Shown: positions 1 through 5,362, counted from the first letter of the stretch. The stretch: 5,362 bases of DNA from an uncultured archaeon (GCA_964426185.1 CAYRPF010000057.1:16553-21914), one strand, 5' to 3'. Numbers and translations are program-made. Notes: generated by a model from the letters alone, not told the origin.

Positions 1-35
1 TGGATAAATATGGAAAAAGGATAAAAGCATCAAAA

Positions 36-680
36 TTAGGCTAGCTTTATAATCGAATTCTGCCATATCAGAAATACTGGGCTGACAAACAACATTGCTT
101 TTTTTGCGAAATATTTATCTCGAGTAATTAAACCGACGTTCATAGAAATTAGGAAATTTAGAATGGTATTGTCTGATTTACCGTGATAAATTTCTGGTAA
201 AGGGATCATCATAATAGAGAAAAGGGTGGCGATTTGTTGTACATTTGCTACATGGTGTGATAAATTTTCATCTAAAAAGGCGGTGTTTTGGTGGTGAGTG
301 TTGTGGTAATGGCTGTAAACTTGATCTGAAGTGTGAAATTTCTTATGGCAAAGTGGACATCGAAAAGAATGTTGAGATGATGGATATTGAGAAAATTTTG
401 ATTCTATTTGAAATTTCCTGATCTTATATTCTTTCTTTGAATCATTTCGTCTTATCTGGTAATTCATGGAGTGTTTTGCTTGAATATGCTGTTCTAATGC
501 TTTTTGACCTTTTAATTTCGTTTTATGACAATATGGGCAGTTTTTAAAATTTTTTGAATTTGCTTTTTTTATCCTTTTCTTTTTTTGGTGCCCGATGCTT
601 GAAATTGATTTTTGATGGAGTTCATATTTCGGTAAAAATTCATGTTCACTCTTGTTTAAATAGTATTCTCCTAATACCAT
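36..680 (-). CDS. Tandem C2H2 zinc-finger protein with C-terminal DUF5615/Mut7-C-like PIN domain (putative RNase or nucleic-acid-binding protein), 214 aa
   Basis: ZF1 C48-x2-C51-x13-H65-x4-H70 (CPYC...HIQAKH). ZF2 C108-x2-C111-x3-F-x8-H124-x4-H129 (FRCPLCHKKF...HYHNTH). The C-terminal FLDENLS...GKSDNTIL...LITRDKYF matches the DUF5615/VapC45/Mut7-C pattern (hhDENh...G.sD..Ih...hhTrD.dF). ATG at 680 is the first start after an in-frame TAG at 704-702. Confidence 0.8.
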   Translation of the reverse strand: MVLGEYYLNKSEHEFLPKYELHQKSISSIGHQKKKRIKKANSKNFKNCPYCHKTKLKGQKALEQHIQAKHSMNYQIRRNDSKKEYKIRKFQIESKFSQYPSSQHSFRCPLCHKKFHTSDQVYSHYHNTHHQNTAFLDENLSHHVANVQQIATLFSIMMIPLPEIYHGKSDNTILNFLISMNVGLITRDKYFAKKAMLFVSPVFLIWQNSIIKLA

Positions 681-706
681 CTTTGAATAATTTAGATCAT
701 TCTAAA

Positions 707-713
707 TATTTAA
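707..713 (-). promoter_or_regulatory. Putative archaeal TATA box (TTAAATA) for the ZnF-PIN gene
   Basis: Lies 27-33 nt upstream of ATG 680, the spacing expected for a leaderless archaeal transcript. The AT-rich background lowers specificity. Confidence 0.4.
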
Positions 714-808
714 TTGTTAGGGAAAAAAGTCCTGTCATTTCATAAATGCATGACAAATCTCGACAAAAACTAATTAAAAAGTTTATTATTCCATTAATTA
801 ATGTAACT

Positions 809-838
809 AAAGAAATAGAGAGAAAGAAACAAAAAAAA
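809..838 (-). terminator. Oligo-T/pyrimidine tract, putative archaeal terminator of the gdh-like gene
   Basis: Minus strand reads TTTTTTTTGTTTCTTTCTCTCTATTTCTTT starting 9 nt after the stop codon. Confidence 0.5.
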
Positions 839-846
839 TAAATGAT

Positions 847-2088
847 CTATGGATAAACTCCGCGCATTTGGTGTGCTTTATCCAGTTTTTCTATGGCGAT
901 CATATATGCTGCTTCGCGGAAGGTGATGTCTTCTTTAACCCGCAAATCGTAGACTTTATGGAAACTTCTAGTGATTAACTTCTTCATTTCCATTTTTACA
1001 GTTTCAATATCCCAAGCATGATCTGTAAAGTTTTGAGCCCATTCAAAATAGCTAATCAACATTCCTCCAGCATTTGCAAGAACATCTGGAATAACTGGGA
1101 TATCTCGCTGCCATAAAACATGATCAGCATTTAATGTAATGGCGCCATTAGCCCCTTCAATTATCCGTCTACATTGGACTTTATAGGCAATGTCCTCAGT
1201 AATTACATTAGGAATCGCACATGGAATCAAAACATCACAACTTAGAGTAAGTAAATCGTCATTTGAGATCGGCTGCCCTCCAGTAAATCCTTTGATTGAC
1301 CCATGTTGTTCTTTGTATTCTATAATTTCTTCACAATTGATCCCATTTGGATTGTAAATTCCACCTGAACTGTCAGAAACTGCAACTACTATTGCACCTA
1401 ATTCATCTACCGCGCGAAAGAAATTCCTTCCCACATATCCTAAACCTTGAATTGCCACTTTGTGGTTCTGGATTTCTTCAAATTCCGTTCTCGCTAATTC
1501 ATGCAAAATATAACTAATTCCTAAACCTATCCCTTGATCTCGACCAAAAATTCCGCCAATATTTTTTGGTTTTCCCGTACAAACGCGGAGTGGAGCCTTT
1601 CCTAAGGACATGCTGTATGTATCTGCTACCCAAGACATAGTTGTTGAATTTGTATTTAGATCCGGGCAAATAATATCTTGAGTTGGACCAATAACATTTA
1701 AAATCGAAAATGTATAGCGTCGGACAAGATTTTCCAGTTCGCCATCACTTAATTTTTTCGGATCTCCGACAATTAAACCGCATGAGCCTCCAAACGGAAT
1801 TCCCATAAGTGCAGCTTGAATTGACATTATCATCGCAATGGCATGAAGATCTTCCACTTGATAACGTTCGCTAATGATTAATCCTCCCAAGGTAGGACCT
1901 AATGTATTTGAATGCTGCACGCGATAACCTTGATAAAAATCAATATGCCCCATATCCAACTTAATGGGAAAATTTACCTTGGTTGTCCTTAAAGGATGGC
2001 AGAAAAACTCAATGGTTTCTTTAGATATCTCTAATTTTTTACCAAATTTGGTAAAGCGCTTAACTTGATCTTGCAACAGGCTGCTCAT
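847..2088 (-). CDS. gdhA: Glu/Leu/Phe/Val dehydrogenase family protein (glutamate dehydrogenase homologue), probably catalytically inactive, 413 aa
   Basis: GDH hallmarks along the whole length: GYRVQHS..LGP, PFGG..G, DPKKLS..ELE, IGP..DI..PD, TGKP..IGG..GR, Rossmann VAIQGLGYVG, VAVSDSSGGIYNPNG, CDVLIPCA, IEGANG, VIPDVLANAGG..SYFEW, C-terminal RGVYP. The active-site lysines are substituted (see findings), so the symbol denotes homology only. Confidence 0.93.
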   Translation of the reverse strand: MSSLLQDQVKRFTKFGKKLEISKETIEFFCHPLRTTKVNFPIKLDMGHIDFYQGYRVQHSNTLGPTLGGLIISERYQVEDLHAIAMIMSIQAALMGIPFGGSCGLIVGDPKKLSDGELENLVRRYTFSILNVIGPTQDIICPDLNTNSTTMSWVADTYSMSLGKAPLRVCTGKPKNIGGIFGRDQGIGLGISYILHELARTEFEEIQNHKVAIQGLGYVGRNFFRAVDELGAIVVAVSDSSGGIYNPNGINCEEIIEYKEQHGSIKGFTGGQPISNDDLLTLSCDVLIPCAIPNVITEDIAYKVQCRRIIEGANGAITLNADHVLWQRDIPVIPDVLANAGGMLISYFEWAQNFTDHAWDIETVKMEMKKLITRSFHKVYDLRVKEDITFREAAYMIAIEKLDKAHQMRGVYP

Positions 2089-2135
2089 ATTTGGTTTCCT
2101 GATAATTTTTTTTTAATGAAAAATGAACTGCTCAG

Positions 2136-2145
2136 CTTTATAAAG
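2136..2145 (-). promoter_or_regulatory. Putative TATA box (TTTATAAA inside palindrome CTTTATAAAG) for the gdh-like gene
   Basis: Consensus archaeal TATA about 50 nt upstream of ATG 2088; weak AGGA at 2100-2097. Confidence 0.5.
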
Positions 2146-2238
2146 AAACAATAAAGCGAGTATGATTCATACGAGTGAGTGATTAAATTCTGTGAAATTT
2201 AAAAGTTTTTTTTAACATTTGAGATAAAGATTCTACCC

Positions 2239-2279
2239 AAAAAAATGGGAAAATTATAAAATAAGAAAAATTGAAAAAA
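2239..2279 (-). terminator. T-rich tracts, putative terminator of the permease gene
   Basis: Several T4-T7 runs on the minus strand about 65-105 nt after the permease stop. Confidence 0.3.
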
Positions 2280-2345
2280 TCTAGAGTTAATCTCAAGAAA
2301 AGTAATAAATGATCTAGCAGAGAACTCACTTAGCATGTTAAATCA

Positions 2346-3608
2346 TTAAAAAGCACTAATTAATGCCAACAAATTCAAAACAAATAAATATAATCCCAAA
2401 ATTATGGATAACGGGAAAATAATATAATATAATGGTGTTTTAAATGGTCTTTCCAGTATCGGCATTTTGATTCTAAGATATAGAGCAATAACACCGGCTG
2501 GAATCATCGCAGATAATAAGATAAGTCCCAGACCGATATAGGAGAAGATATCTATTATTGTTCCGCCCATTTTTGAAAACAAGAGCACCATAACTAATCC
2601 GAAAATTCCACTAATTATTACAGTTAAAGTTGAATTGTAAATGTGGATTCTTTTTTTCGTTTCTGCAAATATCTTATGTAAGCTTTCACCTTCGGCGAGC
2701 ACTTTTAATTGATGGGTTAAGGTAATGAAAATCGCAAAAGCGGTACCTAAGGCAGAAAATGATTTCAACCCAGAGAGAAGAGCACTTGGCACACCATAGT
2801 TTGCTTCAATAAAGGCAAAGAAATCAGGATCAGTGTCGGATAATATCCCTTGAGGAATTATCATACCGGCGCTGATTATTACAAAGATGTATATTATAAT
2901 TATTGCACTCAGCACCATCAAAATTCCGCGAGGTAAAAGTTTTTCTGGTTCTTTTTCTTCTTTTTTCAGTTTTAAATCACCGCTGAAAACTAACAGAACT
3001 TCGAAACCCATTAACGCCCATAAAGAGCTGTTTCCAATAGAGATAAACATTTCACCCGTAAAAGTAGAAGTATTAAGATTTGCACCATTTCCTTTAATTA
3101 TAAAGAATAAGGAAATTATCAGAAGTGATAAAACTTTTAGGCAAATCCAGATGCTGATTGTCCAACCAATTATTCTTAAAGGTATTGCTTCTACTACAAA
3201 TGCAAGTATTATTATAACTAAAACCGTGAGAATTATCAAAAGTGCAAAGGAATCAACACCTATCATTTCCAAAAATGATGATACTGAAACAAATACTAAA
3301 ATTGCTCCAATTATGGTATATCCAAAATAGTAGACGAAACCTAGAATGCTACCCCATTTTTTATTAATTGCGCCGCTTACATAAGAATAAGGTCCACCAC
3401 TTTTGGGGAACATGCCTACAACTTCAGCATATGCCAAACCTGCCGTGAAAAAAAGCATCCAGCTGATAACTATTACAAGAATTGAGTATGATCCAGCTGT
3501 ATTAACCCAAGAAAATGGATCGCCCCAAACCCCGCTTCCAATTACAGTAGTAAGCCCTAAGCTCAAGATACCAATAATTCCAATTTTTGAATTAGTGTTC
3601 TCCCTCAT
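2346..3608 (-). CDS. APC-superfamily amino acid permease (about 420 aa; alternative TTG start at 3641 gives 431 aa)
   Basis: Highly hydrophobic with about 11-12 TM segments. TM1 unwound motif TTVIGSGVW, loop YAEVVGMFPKSGGPYSYV (cf. YAEL...P.sGG.Y.Y), TM6 WALMGFE, C-terminal LRIKMPILERPFKTP (cf. LR...P...RPF+.P). ATG 3608 is preferred because a TATAAAA at 3655-3649 lies too close to TTG 3641 to serve it. Confidence 0.9.
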   Translation of the reverse strand: MRENTNSKIGIIGILSLGLTTVIGSGVWGDPFSWVNTAGSYSILVIVISWMLFFTAGLAYAEVVGMFPKSGGPYSYVSGAINKKWGSILGFVYYFGYTIIGAILVFVSVSSFLEMIGVDSFALLIILTVLVIIILAFVVEAIPLRIIGWTISIWICLKVLSLLIISLFFIIKGNGANLNTSTFTGEMFISIGNSSLWALMGFEVLLVFSGDLKLKKEEKEPEKLLPRGILMVLSAIIIIYIFVIISAGMIIPQGILSDTDPDFFAFIEANYGVPSALLSGLKSFSALGTAFAIFITLTHQLKVLAEGESLHKIFAETKKRIHIYNSTLTVIISGIFGLVMVLLFSKMGGTIIDIFSYIGLGLILLSAMIPAGVIALYLRIKMPILERPFKTPLYYIIFPLSIILGLYLFVLNLLALISAF

Positions 3609-3648
3609 AAATGATCGATCCCTAAAAGCAAAATAACTCAAATTTTAC

Positions 3649-3655
3649 TTTTATA
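3649..3655 (-). promoter_or_regulatory. Putative TATA box (TATAAAA, preceded by AAAG) for the permease gene
   Basis: 41-47 nt upstream of ATG 3608 with a purine-rich BRE-like flank. Confidence 0.35.
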
Positions 3656-3670
3656 CTTTATGGTCTCATC

Positions 3671-3677
3671 AAAAAAA
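3671..3677 (-). terminator. T7 tract, putative terminator of the E1 gene
   Basis: T7 on the minus strand 34-40 nt downstream of the E1 stop. Confidence 0.35.
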
Positions 3678-3710
3678 TTTCAATAATTTATAATTGGATA
3701 GAAATGATCC

Positions 3711-5360
3711 TTAAATCATTTGAATAGTTACATTGTACTGCTTTACTTGCAAATTTTCATTTTTTACTGCATTCATTGATGGGTTGCTATTTAGTGTGGC
3801 CTTGTGCCCAATCGCAGTAAAAACTACCTCGCTATAGTTTTTTAATTCCATTTCCTGTAGTGTTTTAGACTCTGTTTTTCCCTTCTCAAAAAGGGGATTA
3901 TAGACAAATTGCTTGGTTAAGGGATTTGTAATGATAAACGATTTTCGATTTACTGTTGGAAAATAGTCCCTTACTGCTTTAAAAAGATCTAAAACTGTTG
4001 CATCAGAGGAGACTACTACTGTAATATTTTCCTGTCCTTGTTTAGATCCGCATGCAACACAATCTTCTAGCCTAGAAATTTCAACTGGTTCGAACAACCC
4101 GAAAACCCCGTTATAATTAATATATGGAGGATTCATGATATTACCAATAGAGTGATCGTTCATTAAGAAGAGGATTTTCAAGATTTCTTGAGATTGAATG
4201 GAAGAAATAATCGAACTTACACTTTGAATTGCAGGGATTTTATTTCCTAAAATATTTTCCATATCTTCTAAAGCAAAATCTTCCCCGAAAGTGGTTAAGA
4301 TATTCTGCTTGATTTCTTGCAACGATTCTTTAGAGATTGTGTTCTTCATTTCTGGAGGTATAGATTCATCTAAAACCCTTTGCCGTAGATTTTCTAACTC
4401 TTTCTGAGCATATATCAGCGTTTCTTGCATATCTTGGGGATTGTTATAATCTGGTTTTCGATCATATTTTTTAATAAAGTGTACTTCTCCTTTAATCGCA
4501 CAGTGTTCACGTGTACGCGGAATTCCCTTAAGCGTGCAGGCCGCAACTTGATTTCGAAGTGGAGGTGGTACTGGAACCACGCAACGATAACATGGTGTGT
4601 GATGCATGTATTTTGATTCATATTCATCGAAATGATTTTCAATTTTTTCTCGGATTTGTTGCCGAACTGGTGTGATATATTTCTTCTCCAGAGATTCAAT
4701 TTCCTCCTGCAGTTCTGCTATCCGTGATTGTGCAGAAAAATATTCGGGAAATTGGGATTCATCTAAAATCCATAATTGCTCATCTACCAAACGATCCATT
4801 ATACTGGTCTTTGATCCAACAGGAAATGCTTTTCCACTCTTAGTTCGGGTTGATTCGGGAATTATTACTTGAACATGACCTTCAAATCCTACGGTACCTC
4901 CTTCAATCAAGGGAATTCCTAATTTTAGGCAGAACTTGTTCAGATCCATACGTGCTTGCACATTATCCAAAGCTGCTACCACGGCATCGCATTCCATATA
5001 TTTTGTCATGGGGATTTGTTGGAGTGGAATAGTGAAAACTTCCACTTCTAGGAATGGATTCATTTTTTTAAGGCGTTCAGCGGCGACTTCTGCTTTAAAT
5101 CTGCCTTCATCTCCACGATAAAATAACATCTGTCGTGAGAGATTACTGGTTTCTATTGTATCCATATCACAGAGAATTAACTTTCCAATCCCCATTAAAG
5201 CCAAATCCTTGGCAATCTCACACCCTAAAGCACCCACCCCCGCGATAAAAACGGTGCTCTGCTTTACAACGATCTGATTCCATCCTGGAAGTAGTTTTTG
5301 GCGTTTAGCACGTTCAATTTCTTCAGAAGTGAGCGTCGTTTCTATTTTTTTTTTTTTTTT
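3711..5360 (-). CDS. Ubiquitin-like protein activating enzyme E1 (ThiF/MoeB/E1 family, Uba3/Uba2-like architecture); 5' end runs to the window edge
   Basis: The frame stays open upstream of the tracked GTG (5237): ...IETTLTSEEIERAKRQKLLPGWNQIVVKQSTVFIAG-VGALGCE, restoring the GxGxxG loop. Other motifs: DMDTIETSNLSRQMLF, KAEVAA, ALDNVQAR, GGTVGFEGHVQV, Zn pairs CYRC (4592-4581) and CVAC (4061-4050), catalytic CTLKGIPRTREHC (Cys at 4538-4536), NKIPAI, and a C-terminal ubiquitin-fold-like region. Confidence 0.92.
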   Translation of the reverse strand, partial: KKKKKIETTLTSEEIERAKRQKLLPGWNQIVVKQSTVFIAGVGALGCEIAKDLALMGIGKLILCDMDTIETSNLSRQMLFYRGDEGRFKAEVAAERLKKMNPFLEVEVFTIPLQQIPMTKYMECDAVVAALDNVQARMDLNKFCLKLGIPLIEGGTVGFEGHVQVIIPESTRTKSGKAFPVGSKTSIMDRLVDEQLWILDESQFPEYFSAQSRIAELQEEIESLEKKYITPVRQQIREKIENHFDEYESKYMHHTPCYRCVVPVPPPLRNQVAACTLKGIPRTREHCAIKGEVHFIKKYDRKPDYNNPQDMQETLIYAQKELENLRQRVLDESIPPEMKNTISKESLQEIKQNILTTFGEDFALEDMENILGNKIPAIQSVSSIISSIQSQEILKILFLMNDHSIGNIMNPPYINYNGVFGLFEPVEISRLEDCVACGSKQGQENITVVVSSDATVLDLFKAVRDYFPTVNRKSFIITNPLTKQFVYNPLFEKGKTESKTLQEMELKNYSEVVFTAIGHKATLNSNPSMNAVKNENLQVKQYNVTIQMI

Positions 5361-5362
5361 TT
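5345..5362. repeat. T18 homopolymer at the window end
   Basis: 18 consecutive T at 5345-5362, abutting the E1 N-terminus; could be a contig-end artefact. Confidence 0.85.

Noticed and set aside
554-745. 63-aa plus-strand ORF
   Set aside because: Antisense to the ZnF-PIN 5' end and promoter; its Phe/Leu richness mirrors Lys codons on the other strand; no motif.
847-2088. gdh as a decaying pseudogene or an ordinary leucine dehydrogenase
   Set aside because: No stops or frameshifts and structural motifs are intact; LeuDH keeps the two lysines that are Q91 and C103 here, and length and motifs are GDH-type.
2089-2345. ncRNA, tRNA, CRISPR array or small ubiquitin-like ORF in the longest intergenic gap
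   Set aside because: Very AT-rich, with no stable GC stem, cloverleaf or regularly spaced repeats, and no ORF listed in the track.
2887-3636. Plus-strand ORFs 2887-3330 and 3403-3636
   Set aside because: Antisense shadows of the hydrophobic permease gene with no recognisable domains.
4602-4853. E1 insertion as an intein or intron
   Set aside because: Too short, lacks intein terminal His-Asn and block B motifs, and is in frame with helical protein-like composition.
4415-5121. Short ORFs 4415-4699(-), 4425-4616(+), 4672-4872(+), 4850-5032(+), 4936-5121(+)
   Set aside because: All nested within the well-supported E1 gene; no motifs or expression signals.
5235-5237. GTG 5237 as E1 start
   Set aside because: It falls in the middle of the GxGxxG nucleotide-binding loop, and conserved sequence continues at least 36 codons upstream.
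5345-5362. Poly(A) tail of an mRNA or retro-copy
   Set aside because: The A run lies at the 5' end of the minus-strand gene, the wrong end for a poly(A) tail.

Overview
AT-rich, intronless window with four co-oriented minus-strand genes. In transcription order: (1) a 5'-truncated ubiquitin-like-protein activating enzyme (E1) with a eukaryote-like Uba3/Uba2 layout (adenylation domain, two Zn CxxC motifs, catalytic-Cys domain, C-terminal ubiquitin-fold domain) and an unusual ~84-aa helical insertion; (2) an APC-superfamily amino acid permease; (3) a full-length glutamate dehydrogenase homologue with all three conserved active-site lysines replaced (L67, Q91, C103), so probably a pseudo-enzyme or regulatory subunit; (4) a protein fusing two C2H2 zinc fingers to a DUF5615/Mut7-C-type PIN-like domain. 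TATA-like boxes, oligo-T tracts after stop codons, weak or absent Shine-Dalgarno sites and eukaryote-like domains suggest an archaeon, most plausibly Asgard (Lokiarchaeia-like); this is inference. A shared motif (AAATGATC core) recurs at gene boundaries. All comparisons to known proteins are motif recall by eye, not database searches.
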